Shown: positions 1-12,085 of the stretch, piece by piece
How the letters are laid out: every line of letters begins with the position of its first letter
Numbering within the stretch: the first letter of the stretch is position 1
NCBI GenBank assembly: GCA_951406725.2
Contig: OX597817.1
Coordinates: forward strand, 144,398,001-144,462,000
Source: Octopus vulgaris
Taxonomy: Eukaryota
Reading direction: 5' to 3'
DNA: 64,000 bases
The notes under the pieces: generated by a model
Database searches by the model: none
The model's input: the letters and a program-made list of their open reading frames with translations, nothing else
What the model was told of the DNA's origin: nothing
Made by a program: the position numbers and the translations under genes

Positions 1-870
1 AAATTTTGGTACGAGGCCAACCGTTTTGAGGGGAGTGGAAGAAAATGATATCAACCCCAGCAATTGGTTGGTACTTATTTTATCGTCCCCAAAAGGATGA
101 AAGACAAAGTCAACTTCAGCAGGATTTGAAGTCTGGAGAAATGCCGTGAAGTGTTTTGTTCGACGTACTAAAGATTCTGTAAGCTCGCCGCCATGCAAAA
201 CAAATAATGATTTTTAATTTTGGAATAGGACCAGCAATTTCGTGGGCGGGTGTAGGTTGCTTACATTCATCAATGCTCAATTGGAACTTGTCTTTTCTAC
301 TCTAGGTACAAGGCCCACAATTTTGGGGAGGGGCCAGTCAATTAGATCGACCCAGTGCGGAACTGGTACTTTATTTATGGAACCCCGAAAGGATGAAAGG
401 TAAAGTCGACATCGGCAAAATTTGAACTCAGAACATAAAGACAGACGGAATACCGCCAAGCATTTCGCCCGGCGTGCTAACGTTTCTGCCAGCTCGCCGC
501 ATTGAAATATTCGTTTCTACTCTAGACATAAGGCCCGAGATTTTTGGAGGGGAGTGGGGCAGTCGATTAGATCGACCCCAATACGCAACTTGTACTTAAT
601 ATATTGACTCCGAAAGGATGAAAGGCAAAGTCGACCTCTGCGGAATTTGAACTCAGAACGTAGAGGCAGACAAAATACCGCTAAGCATTTCTCCTGGCGT
701 GCTAACGTTTCTGCCAGCTCGCCGCCTAACTGGAACTTATCTTATCGACTCCGAAAAATGAAACGCAAATTCGAGCTCGCCAGAATTTGAACTCACAACG
801 CAAATGCGGACGAAATGCCGCTGGAAATTTTGTCCGATGCACTATAGCTTTTCTTCTAGCTCGCCGCCAC
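1..870 (-). mobile_element. Cluster of about 4 copies of SINE family A (tRNA-derived, Meta-domain-like core)
   Basis: Repeated 'cccgaaaggatgaaaggcaaagtcgacctcggcggaatttgaactcagaacgt...ctgccagctcgccgcc' at ~40-195, 290-500, 515-727, 727-870; B-box-like gagttcaaattcc on the minus strand. Confidence 0.85.
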
Positions 871-1243
871 ACGAAACAGAAATAATGATAAACATACTAG
901 CTAAACAGTATAAGTAGACGAAGTATCTGATGACGATAGGAAATTTAATATAATAGAAACTACAGGGAATCGTTTATGGTTAATATATTGAAGTAAACAG
1001 AGAAAATATAATTCCTTGTCTCGACTTATTGACATGTTATTGGGTGTTGTCCAAATATAAGATGCAGAAATCGAAAGTTGAATAACATAAGGCTGCCAAG
1101 ATCTTTGGCGTAGGAAATCTACATTAAGAACGAAATTTTCATTTATATAAAACAATTTATTATATTAACAATGACAAACACTGTCTAAGAGCAGAGCCTA
1201 ATAAAAAAAATATCAGATTTATTTAGAACGATATTATAATTGC

Positions 1244-1581
1244 TGAGACCCTCTTCGGGCATGACTGACCGTGGGATTGCGCCTAGGAAGTTACCCCGCC
1301 CCGGTACAAGTCCGGGTAAGGTTGTTTATGGAAGACCAGCAGTCGCCCATGCATACCGCCCTCTCTTCTCCACGCCATCAGTGTCATCCAAGGGAAAGGC
1401 AACGGCCAACACAGCTTGGCACATTTGACGTCGCAACTCATTTCTACAGCTGAGTGAACTGGAGCAACGTGAAATAAAGTGTCTTGCTCAAGAACACAAC
1501 AGGCAGCCCGGTCCGGGATTCTAACTCACAACCTCACGATCGTAGGCTCGACGCTCTAACCACTGAGCCATGCGCCTTCAC
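1244..1581 (-). mobile_element. tRNA-derived SINE (family C)
   Basis: Minus-strand head gtgaaggcgcatggctcagtggttagagcg (A box), then 'gtgttcttgagcaagacactttatttcacgttgctccag' body shared with 56030-56355 and 63498-63770. Confidence 0.85.
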
Positions 1582-1804
1582 TGATATTATAATATATAAA
1601 GTGATTTAAGACGGCTTGCCAGCAGAATCGTTAGAGGCATTTTGTCTGTCATTATATTCTGAGGTTCAAATTCCGCTGTGGTCTATTTTTGCTTTTCGTC
1701 ATTTTGGGGTCCATGAAATAAATACTAATTGAGTACTGAGGCTGATGTAATCGACTTACCCACTGCCTTGGAACTGCTGGCTACGTACCAAAATTTAAGA
1801 CTAA

Positions 1805-2187
1805 CTAGCAGTATCGCCCGGCGTTGCTCGGGTTTGTAAGGGAAATAACTATAAAGCATTTTTAGAGAGTTATAGCCAAAAAATAGCAAAACAATGGGAA
1901 AAAAATGATGGTAAATTTTTTTTTGAGAGTTAAAAAGGTCGAGTTGCATCCCCTAGACCATCTGTGGTTTGTGTTTCTGATTGTCGACCCCATGTCGAAT
2001 TTATCGATCTTTTTCAGAACTGGGGGAACTTTTCAAAATTTTCGCTGCGTTAGTTTTGAATTATGACATTGGGCTATGTGTGTGTCAAGTTTCATCAGAA
2101 TCGGTTGAAAGCCGTGGTCAGGGTGAGGGTACAACCTAACAGACACACAGACACGCACACAGACAAACTGCCGTTTATATAGGGAGA
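1805..2187 (-). mobile_element. Non-autonomous Helitron
   Basis: Minus strand begins TC(tccctatataaacggcag) and ends with a GC-rich hairpin (cccgagcaacgccggg) plus CTAG; 5' part nearly identical to 14954-15160. Confidence 0.75.
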
Positions 2188-2458
2188 TATATATATATAC
2201 AGGGCTAATAGAAAGTACCAAGTGACTGAATGAAATAAGTACTTGCTATACAACGAGAACGATTTAGTCTATAACGCTTTATGAAGGGGGAATAGAATTA
2301 GTAGAATCGTTTGAATGCCGGAGAGAACGCCTTGCGGCATTTGTGCCGGTTTTCTGTGTGTTTGAGGTCAAATATCTTTGAAGTAAATGTTGCCTTTCAT
2401 AATTTTGGGATCGATAAATCAAGTTTGCATTGAATATTGGAGCCACACACACACACAC

Positions 2459-2491
<33 letters not shown>

Positions 2492-2494
2492 TAT

Positions 2495-2884
<390 letters not shown>

Positions 2885-2885
<1 letters not shown>

Positions 2886-3063
2886 TCCTCCTCCTCATCA
2901 TCATCATTGTCATCATCAACATCATCGTCATCTTCATCATCGTCATCATCATCATCATCATCACCATCATCATCATCATCGTCGTCGTCATCATAATCGT
3001 CACCACCATCACCACTACCATTTTCATCATCATCATCGTCGTCATCATCTTCACCGTTATCAT
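2885..3063. repeat. (CAT/CGT/CAC)n trinucleotide microsatellite
   Basis: Directly visible. Confidence 0.95.
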
Positions 3064-3509
3064 CCAGCAGGCAGGCGGTGCAATGTTAACTCCGTCTAAT
3101 CACACATTGACAACATGTCTATAATTATTTACTCATACAATGTGTTGCTAAGCCGTGTTTGTCTTTCCCATCTATTTATTTATTTATTTATTTATTTTCA
3201 CAGAAATATCTAAGTGAAATATTAGTCTCTTGGAGATGACTAAATAGATAATTATGCAAAAAAAAAAAACATCTGTGTTCTATATATTAAACTCCCCAAA
3301 TAACGGCATCCTAAATAACGGAACGTCAACGAAGACACCTTTCAGTAGTTTGACCTGCTAGAAATAGCGACTAAATCTCTTTTAATTCTTCGTGGGCCGG
3401 CGGGACTCCAGCAAATTTTAAAATGTTAAGCAACTTTTATATTTTTTTACTTAAATGATTTTATATCTCATGACTTTTAATTGTTAATAGTTTATGTATG
3501 CGCATACTA

Positions 3510-3566
<57 letters not shown>

Positions 3567-3567
3567 G

Positions 3568-4181
3568 AGTGAGAGAGCAGTGCATGCCATCAAAGTGACA
3601 CTGGGGTAAAATATATGAAGCCCAGTATACCCATCATGACTACCCGCCTGGTAAGGGTACACCAGGTACATGCATCACAACCGTATGTGCGCGACATGGT
3701 GATCTCATATCAAGATAAACAGCGCATGACCTTGCAGGTGGGGCCCAGCTAGAATTTTCTTCTGGTCGAGTAGCCCATCCCGGTCAAAAGGTCCCTGAAT
3801 AAGTATTGTTTAAGGATGTTGAACGAACTACCCATGTTTCCAAAGGTGAATTATCAAAACTTCTAAGAATTCCTCTCAACACATAGGTATGATGCTCCCG
3901 CACTACTTCTGCTCCTGATCAGAGATGCACATATCGTCAGTCGCTAAGGGATATGGTCAACGGGTTAAGGTCAAACAACTGACAAGCAAATCTGTGGTAC
4001 AGAGCAGAATATCTGCTGTAGCCCATCTTTTATCCCAAGACAAAACAATATACATGATAACACTTCCAATCAGTTAAGATCAGAAGCCATGAGAGCCACT
4101 GCCTGGTACTGCATCACGGCATACTGATACTGCATCAGGGCATTCTGGTACTGCATCAGGGCATTCTGGTACTGCATCAGG

Positions 4182-4186
<5 letters not shown>
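3568..4186 (+). mobile_element. ~600-bp non-coding element flanked by (ATT)n, with a 4x reiterated ~21-bp 3' end
   Basis: (ATT)n on both sides; 'ctggtactgcatcagggcatt' repeated about 4 times at 4103-4186; inverted copy at 4388-4855. Confidence 0.75.
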
Positions 4187-4226
<40 letters not shown>

Positions 4227-4295
4227 TCATTTAACCACTATGTCATATGCTCGTGGCGTAGTGGTTAAGATTCCGAGTTCGATTCCAGGCAGTGA

Positions 4296-4382
<87 letters not shown>

Positions 4383-4387
4383 TAATA

Positions 4388-4855
4388 AATGCCCTGATGC
4401 AGTACCAGGCAGTGGCTCTCGTGGCTTCTGATCTTAACTGATTGGAAGTGTTATCATGTACATTGTTTTGTCTTGGTATGAAAGATGGGCTACAGCAAAT
4501 ATTCTGCTCAATACCACAGATTTGCTTGTCAGTTGTTTGATGTTAACCAGTTGGCCATGTCCCTTAGTGGCTGACGATATGTGCATCTCTGATCATGAGC
4601 AGAAGTAGTGGGGGAGCATCATAGCCATGTGTTGAAAGGAATTCTTAGAGGTTTGGATAATTCACCTTTGGGAACATGGGTGGTTCGTTCAGCATCCTTA
4701 AACAATCCTTATTCAGGGACCTTTTGACCGGGATGGGCTACTCGACCAGAAGAAAATTCTAACTGGGCCCCACCTGCAAGATCATGCGCTGTTTATCTTG
4801 ATATGAGATCACCATGTCGCGCACATATGATTGTGTTGCATGTGCCTGGTGTACC
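4388..4855 (-). mobile_element. Inverted, truncated second copy of the 3568-4186 element
   Basis: Reverse complement of ~3656-4125 (e.g. atgccctgatgcagtaccaggcagtggctctc). Confidence 0.8.
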
Positions 4856-4858
4856 ATG

Positions 4859-5448
4859 CAGGAGAGTCACCTAAACACCAGCCAAATCCACCATTGCACC
4901 CTAAAAAGTTAGTGGTCACTCTATGGTGGTCTGCGAAGGGAGTTATTCATTATTTACTTTTGCAACAAGAAAAAACGATAAACAGCAACATCGTATTGCC
5001 AAGAAATTGATTGTATGCATGAGAATTTGAAAAAGAAGCAACCCAGACTAGTGAATAGAGATGGCCCAATTTTGCTCCACGACAATGCACATCCTCACAC
5101 GCCTCAAGCTACAGTCCAAAAGTTGCAAAGCCTGAATTATGAGATTTTGCAACATCCTCCCTCTTCCCCTGATATATCTCCTACTGATCATCACTTATTT
5201 AAGCATTTTGAGCTTTTTATAAGCAATAAAACATTCTTAAATAGAGAAGAGGTAATTGAAGCATTCGGATTGTTTATCACAGCAAACGAGGAATTTTTTT
5301 AAAAGATGGAATATATGACAGAGAAACGTTGGGTAAACGTCATAAATGAACGTGGATCATATCTTGATTAAATAAATCAGTTCTCTAACACTTGGGAAAC
5401 CTTTTATTATTACCTTTCAAATGCGACATTTCATGTGAAACAACCAAA
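4859..5448 (+). mobile_element. mariner (DD34D) transposase 3' fragment with right TIR, frameshifted
   Basis: LHPKKLVVTLWWSAKGVIHY, LLHDNAHPH and HPPSSPDISPTDHHLF motifs; TIR-like end tgcgacatttcatgtgaaacaaccaaata. Confidence 0.9.
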
Positions 5449-5924
5449 TATTTAGTGCTATATGTATAATTCACAAAACTATAAAATGTGTTGACTCCTT
5501 TCAATGAAGGTTTTTTTCTTTCAGTCAATAAATTATATTTTAATTCCCCTCCATTAAAGGCTAATAATTTAAGGATAGTGCGGAAATGCTCAAAAAATAA
5601 AAGGAGGTCCCTCGGGATTCCAATGACCTTTTGTGTAATTTCAAACCCACTGGCCCACGAAGGGTTAAATTCGCACACTCTCCTGTGTTGGACAAACCAC
5701 ACCTCTAAGATTGTCAAGAAGACTGAAAGGGTGTCCTAGCATCACTCAGTAAGACCTTTGTCAGCCGCTTTCCAGCTATCTATTTAAAACTGTATATGAC
5801 AAATGGTATGTCCACACTTGAAATTTGCATCACCAATCAGGAACCCTTACCTTGCAGGGAGTAAAACTGTCAAAAAAGGAATACATTAAGGGTAAGGGGC
5901 AGGATTCTACGCTCATTGGGCTTA

Positions 5925-6107
5925 GACACATATATAGGCATATCGACACACACATACACACACACATATGTACGTATATATGTATATATGTATGTATATA
6001 TACATATATATGTACACACACACACAAACACACACACACAGATATATGCATATTTATATATACATATATACATATGGTACACACACGTATGTATGTTTAT
6101 ATGCATG

Positions 6108-6148
<41 letters not shown>

Positions 6149-6410
6149 ATAAACACACACATATGTATGTGTATATGCATGTATATATACATATATATGT
6201 ACACACAAACACATACACATATGTATGTTTATTCGTATGTATGTATACATGTATACGTATATATGTACACACACAGATATATACATATGTATATATACAT
6301 ATATACACACACACAGACACAAACACGAACACACATATGTATGCTTATATGCATGTATGTATATATACATTTATATGTACACACACACGCACACACACAC
6401 ACACACACAC
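5925..6410. repeat. Compound (CA)n/(TA)n low-complexity tract
   Basis: Directly visible; source of several spurious ORFs. Confidence 0.95.
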
Positions 6411-6935
6411 AGGATTACTTCTTTTCGTTTTTTTCCCGCTGCGCATTAAGCCGCTAATAAAATGACGTTCATTACAGCGTGTCCGTAAAAATTCAGTGTA
6501 CGCCCTACTTTTAGCTTACATCATAAATGCATTAAAAAAACCGTTCCTAGACAACAGAAAACTCACAATAGCGGCATCTCAGATCCCCGTGGTTGTTGTA
6601 GCAATTTGGGGAGTTAACAGTATCTGCTATATTTATTACAACACATTCATTAAGTATGATTCACTGAGTCACAAGAATATTCTTTAGATTAGATTTACGT
6701 TGATGTTTTTACTTTGATTTCATTCATTCCTTGCTATGTTATTGCCAACTTTAAAACATATTTTATAACGTGATTAATATGGTCTTGTATTCCGAATGTT
6801 TCATATTTGTATGTGTGTGTGTGTGTGTGTGCGTGCGCGTGTGTGGTGTGTGTGTGTGTCTATGGATGTATGGATCTATATATATGTGTGTTTGTCTGTG
6901 TACATGTATATTTATGCATGTGTGTATATATGTAT

Positions 6936-7170
6936 GTGGAAGCGCAATGGTCCAGTAGTTAGGGTAGCGGACTCGCGGTCGTAGGATCGCAGTTTCGATT
7001 CCTAGACCGGGTGTTGTGAGTGTTTATTGAGTGAAAATACCTAAAGCTCTACGAGGCTCCAGCAGGGGGGGGGGGGGGGCGAACCCTGCTTTACTCTTTC
7101 ACCACAACTTTCTCTCACTCTTTCTTCCTATTTCTGCTGTACCTATATTTCGAAGGACCAGCCTTGTCAA
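6936..7170 (+). mobile_element. tRNA-derived SINE (family C variant), 5' part
   Basis: gtggaagcgcaatggtccagtagttagg...gtttcgattcctagaccggg; homologues at 25458-25635 and 41325-41802 (-). Confidence 0.8.
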
Positions 7171-8930
7171 ATTGGTGGCATTTAGAGAGAAAAAACCTTT
7201 TTCTGACGCTGCAAACTGCATCGAGAGCCGCATTGGGCCGTCCCCACACCGAATGACCCATCAAAGTCCAACCGGAGAGCGGCGAAAATCTGATGGGAGT
7301 TGAGTAGCAAAGTAATAGCGATAGAGGGAAATAGATTGAAAGCTAGAGCTGGTGGCCAAAATAGAAAAGGTGGCTAAAGATAGGCATCGTGACTGACCTG
7401 CTGAAATAGCTTTTGAACCTTTCTTCAATCATCTCTTCAACGTGAAAGAAAAGAGGTTGCGTTGTCAGCTAAGATCTGTACTCTGAAACACGACGGAATG
7501 AAGGCTGATTGTTGGACTTGGTTGGCAAGGGTTCGACGTGTCAACATAATCTACATTTCGATTTCTGACAGACAGGGATAGATGCTTTCTGCTCGATTCC
7601 AAATAGATATGTACGGTTTTCCATCAGCACCTTGTTCAACTATTTGGGGTTGATGGGTGCATCGGAGATGTTAGTAGACTTCAGGGCCTACCTCGATGAC
7701 CTAACGCAGCTTTTGATAAAATACGCGTAAAGTTGTGAAAAGTAGATAACCGCATCTGAGGTTTGGTTACTAACAATTGGCGGTAAAGGAGTAATTGCTT
7801 GAATGGTCTTGTAGTGATCCTGTACAACGGCGCGCGCGCGCACCGCCCCTTTCTGTTTCGCGCGTGCGGAGGGACCGGAAGAGGGAATTTGCTGACGTGG
7901 TGTTTGGCTTGTTGGGCCAAGGGAGCGTGAACCTTAAAAGGGTCCGGGAGATACAGCAGCAGCAGGCAGTGACTTGAGACACGACGACTGAAGGCAACAG
8001 ACGTGTAATTCTTTCTCTCTCTGGACTTGATCATAGCAGCAGCCTTTACCAAAAGACTTTTAACCAGCATTTGTTGCCGACCACATCATTTTCTCTCCCT
8101 GATCGGACGCCATCTTGGCAGTGTTGTTTGCATTCGAACACTGTAAATTCTACAGCGATAAAGTTCAGCTCTGACACATCTATACCAAAGGGATACCAGA
8201 TACACCACTTATTTGTTACTGTCATAAGAGAATAAAGTAGATATATATTTTTTACGTCTGCGTTTTGTGTTTCTTTGACTGGTAGAATCTGGATTATTAA
8301 AAAGCAACGGATAGTGATTGCTTCTTGCACCCAAACAGTGCAGAGAAGACGTTCACTGGTCGTTACAGTCTGTTCTTTGAGCTTTGTGTACATGCCAAAC
8401 TTTTTTGTGGGGGTCTTAGCAAACATCTATCCCAGCAGGCAGCAGAACGGAAAAAATCTCAGTTCTGTGAGCCGGAGAACGGTGGTGCTGATGCGGAAGG
8501 ATGCAAACGAAGAGTGGAGAGTGTTTTTGATAATATACGGTTCGTAGCTTTATTGTTTGCAGAGTTTAAAATTTTGGCTGAAACGCGAGTAAAGATGTAG
8601 GTGTTCGTCACTAATGCTGGAGACGACGAAGTATGCGAACCCGGGAATTTCTGTCCACAACAACCGTCGCTTCATATTTTAATCAGCAATTATGACAGCG
8701 TTCCCTTCATACATAGAAGTGGTGGGTAACAAATGAGTTTTTCGTGGAGATTTGATCAATTTGAATAAATCGATAGCTTACAATGAGGTCTAGGATTGTT
8801 ATTTAGCTACTGCCTTCAAAGCAGTTTGCTCCGTATTCGTTTTTGGAGAGTGGCCTGCTGCAACGGAGATCAATATCTGAAGAAATGGCTACTTACGAGA
8901 AACAATTCGACTTATCATGGTTGTCTTCTT
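7170..8930 (-). pseudogene. Possible highly decayed Gypsy-type gag/protease relic
   Basis: Minus-strand translations across stops/frameshifts: ITPLPPIVSNQTSDAVIYFSQLYAYF (resembles gag LPPFW..D..LWFAQVEAQF), GL*WV..TAQCGSRCSL (resembles CWYH..FG..A.KC..PC knuckle), AD*NMKRR-VVDRNSRVRIL (resembles protease DR..RFLVDTGA). Weak resemblance only. Confidence 0.3.
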
Positions 8931-8956
8931 TTCTCATATATATATATATATATATA

Positions 8957-9143
8957 CATATCGCCAAGATTGATCGCTAGCCATTAAACTTTTATTTTCT
9001 CTCTCTATTTATTTCTGTGTTCCTCTCTATCGAAGAGCGAAGGCTCGAAATATAAAAGACTTTCTCACTTCCCGAGCGTTAAATTAATACATCTGTTTGT
9101 TGTTTACACACCCATCTTCATCTTTTTTTTTGTAAATTCCAAC
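8957..9143 (+). mobile_element. ~190-bp (TA)n-embedded element with degenerate HHR (9024-9058)
   Basis: CTATCGA-A-GAGC gaag GCTC-GAAA-ta-TA; layout resembles 24268, 28032, 46618. Confidence 0.55.
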
Positions 9144-9212
<69 letters not shown>

Positions 9213-9217
<5 letters not shown>

Positions 9218-9734
9218 AATCAAGGAACGGCCATAATAGGCCATTCACCCACTAGAAATAACAGCCAAAAGCTTTAACCGCAAAATAACGTCAATTCCGT
9301 AAACCAGGAGAAAATTAAAAAACATTTACCCTGTAATTTCTTAGACGATGCACCGTTTCATCTACTGTTTAATGGAAAACTAACCTGATTAAATTAAATC
9401 AAGCCAATCTACCATAGGCCCTTAGATTCATCAGTAAGAAATAGCCAAGCCGGAACAGATATTTTTCACGCGGCCGCGTGAAAAATATCTATTCCGGCTT
9501 GGCTATTTCTTACTGATGAATCTAAGGGCCTATGGTAGATTGGCTTGATTTAATTTAATCAGGTTAGTTTTCCATTAAACAGTAGATGAAACGGTGCATC
9601 GTCTAAGAAATTACAGGGTAAATGTTTTTTAATTTTCTCCTGGTTTACGGAATTGACGTTATTTTGCGGTTAAAGCTTTTGGCTGTTATTTCTAGTGGGT
9701 GAATGGCCTATTATGGCCGTTCCTTGATTGTGAT
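9213..9734. repeat. 522-bp spacer-less palindrome (one mismatch seen) centred on cgcggccgcg
   Basis: 9213-9473 is the reverse complement of 9474-9734; (TA)n tracts lie on both sides of the element. Confidence 0.97.
9506..9610 (+). ncRNA. Type I hammerhead ribozyme with extended stem II (mirror copy 9337-9441 on -)
   Basis: Stem I tttctta/taagaaa; CTGATGA; stem II region 9520-9587 (68 nt) closed by atcta/tagat; GAAA; stem III cggtgcatcg; GTC cleavage triplet. Confidence 0.8.
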
Positions 9735-9831
9735 GTTGAACTTAAAAATGGTTTATGACTATTTAATTTTTTCCCACTAGGCCGCTGGTGGCAAAAGAAT
9801 TCTACAAAATTTTTTTGCCACCCTATATTGA

Positions 9832-9897
<66 letters not shown>

Positions 9898-10012
9898 CAG
9901 GGGAATTCCAACTCTATAGAATATATAGTATAAATAATATATATATAGTAAAATGAAATGAAGTATTGATTGTCTTATTGAATAGATGAAATCTTGAATA
10001 TAAAATATTAAA

Positions 10013-10054
10013 GGACTAGTATACTTTCTTGCATTTAAGCAGTCTTCAAGGTCC
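10013..10054 (-). ncRNA. Minimal type I HHR in a (TA)n-flanked element (9894-10452)
   Basis: Minus: ggac-cTTGAAGA-ctgc ttaaat gcaa-GAAA-gtatac-TA-gtcc; palindromic stem III. Confidence 0.6.
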
Positions 10055-10799
10055 CAGGTTGTGACAGGAATGTCTCAAGCCCCTAATACGTAAACTAGAG
10101 ATGTTGAGGGTTATCTAGTTTGGACTGGAATCCAGGAGAGCAGTGCCGGAATATGCAGATGATGTCAACGTAATTGTTTCGCAGAATTAGACATGAGTTC
10201 AAGTGGTCGGCCCCTTTGTAAAGGAATATGCAGAGATAATAGGAGCAAAAATTAATCTGAAATAGTTGGTGGCGTCTGAATAAACAAGTTCATTCCATCA
10301 GCCAGTATGGTGGAGCATTGCACCGAGGATCTGGAACGGTCTGTAGGACGTCATCGCAGTAGGAACCGAGCTGGCCTCACCTAGAAATGGGCTGAGAGCA
10401 AGCTAGTCTTGCAAAGTCGGGCAGGGACGACGAACGTATACATCACATTGATTATATATATATATTACGGTCTATTTATCGTTTAGGTTCTATCATTCGC
10501 ATTGTCCGACTGTTACAGGTCAGTGTGCGCCAGACAACATTCCCGATGTCACATTTTGTCTACACTTTCCCAAGAACTGTAACTTCGTCAAAAAAAAAAA
10601 AAAAGGAAGACGCGCTGGAGAAAACACGAACGCGCTCATTCCTCCTCTAGGTATTTCTGAGAGGATTACGGTCTCGGTGTATGGCCCAAACTATTAGCCA
10701 GAGCAAACTAAGCTCTTCAACAAGAATTTGGCAACAAACAACCTGAGAAAAAGATGAGATGTTCATGGCAGCAATTCTTGATAATGGGTTCCTTCATCA

Positions 10800-11470
10800 C
10801 TTGCCGACCCAGGGTTAAACACCAACAAGAAACGTGATAAGAATAAGGCCACCACCACCAAAATTATTCCATAGGAATAATTCAATTACAAAATACAATG
10901 AGATTCTTATTGAGCAGAAGAGCTGTATGTCTGTGTCCTACGGGGCAATTAATTAGCTCATTGTTGGAAAAATATATTAATTATTCGTAAGAACAAATAA
11001 GAGAGCGCTGTTAGATCGATGGATCGAATGCGAGAAAGCCTTTGATTTGGTCCCACATGGCTGGCTTACCAAGATGCTGGAAGTATATCAATTTGTGTAC
11101 AAGTGTGTGTGTGTTTGTGTGTGTGTGTGTGTAAAAACTGTGGGAGCAACAAAAATAAATCTTTTGACAAAGAAAAGACTAGAAACCAGAATATTTATAG
11201 CAAAAATACTAACGCTGCCATAAACACATTTGCAACACCAATCATAACATCTCTCTATATTCGACAAAATATACTTGGAAACACAAGAACGTAGCCAAAC
11301 TGCTCAGCGTACGCCTAGAAACGCAACTGCTTTAAAGGAAAAACGAAACTGCCATGAATACATGTGAGTCATTTGCTCGCTTCGAAGAAGACTTACGAAA
11401 ATATGATAGATATTTAGCGCGTATACAAACACGGGCAAACATCACCAAATGGTTTGCTCGATGACTGATA
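10800..11470 (+). mobile_element. Decayed R4/Dong-like non-LTR RT fragments
   Basis: EQKSCMSVSYGAIN*LIV, WIECEKAFDLVPHGWLTKMLEVY, AINTFATPIIT. Confidence 0.6.
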
Positions 11471-11713
11471 TGATATTTTTTTTAGGGTACAATAATAATA
11501 GTGCGCTTGTTAGCGATATAGTAACTCCTTCCGACAGGCAAACGGGCCGAACTTCGAAGTCACTGTCACCTATTTTCTTGTAATAGCTTGATGGCTATGT
11601 ACTCAACTAAACGTATTGTGTAATCCTTCAGTTTAATATTAGATTGCTTTTATTATAACTTGGCAACCCCACAAAAACAACAAACAAACAAACACACACA
11701 TACATACATATAC

Positions 11714-11731
11714 ATCTATCTGTCTATCTAT

Positions 11732-11829
<98 letters not shown>

Positions 11830-11875
11830 CTATCTACAGATCTATCTATCTATCTACAGATTTATCTATCTACAG

Positions 11876-11960
<85 letters not shown>

Positions 11961-12002
11961 CAGATCTATCTATCTACAGATCTATCTATCTATCTATCTA
12001 TA

Positions 12003-12035
<33 letters not shown>

Positions 12036-12084
12036 GTCGGTCTGTCTGTCTGTCTGTCTGTCTGTCTGTATGTATGTCTGTCTG
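11714..12084. repeat. (TCTA)n/(TCTG)n tetranucleotide microsatellite
   Basis: Directly visible. Confidence 0.95.
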
Positions 12085-12085
12085 C

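Noticed and set aside
6936-7012. Functional tRNA genes at SINE heads (also ~1500-1581, 25458, 56280-56355, 63498)
   Set aside because: Each runs into a SINE body and lacks a clean cloverleaf
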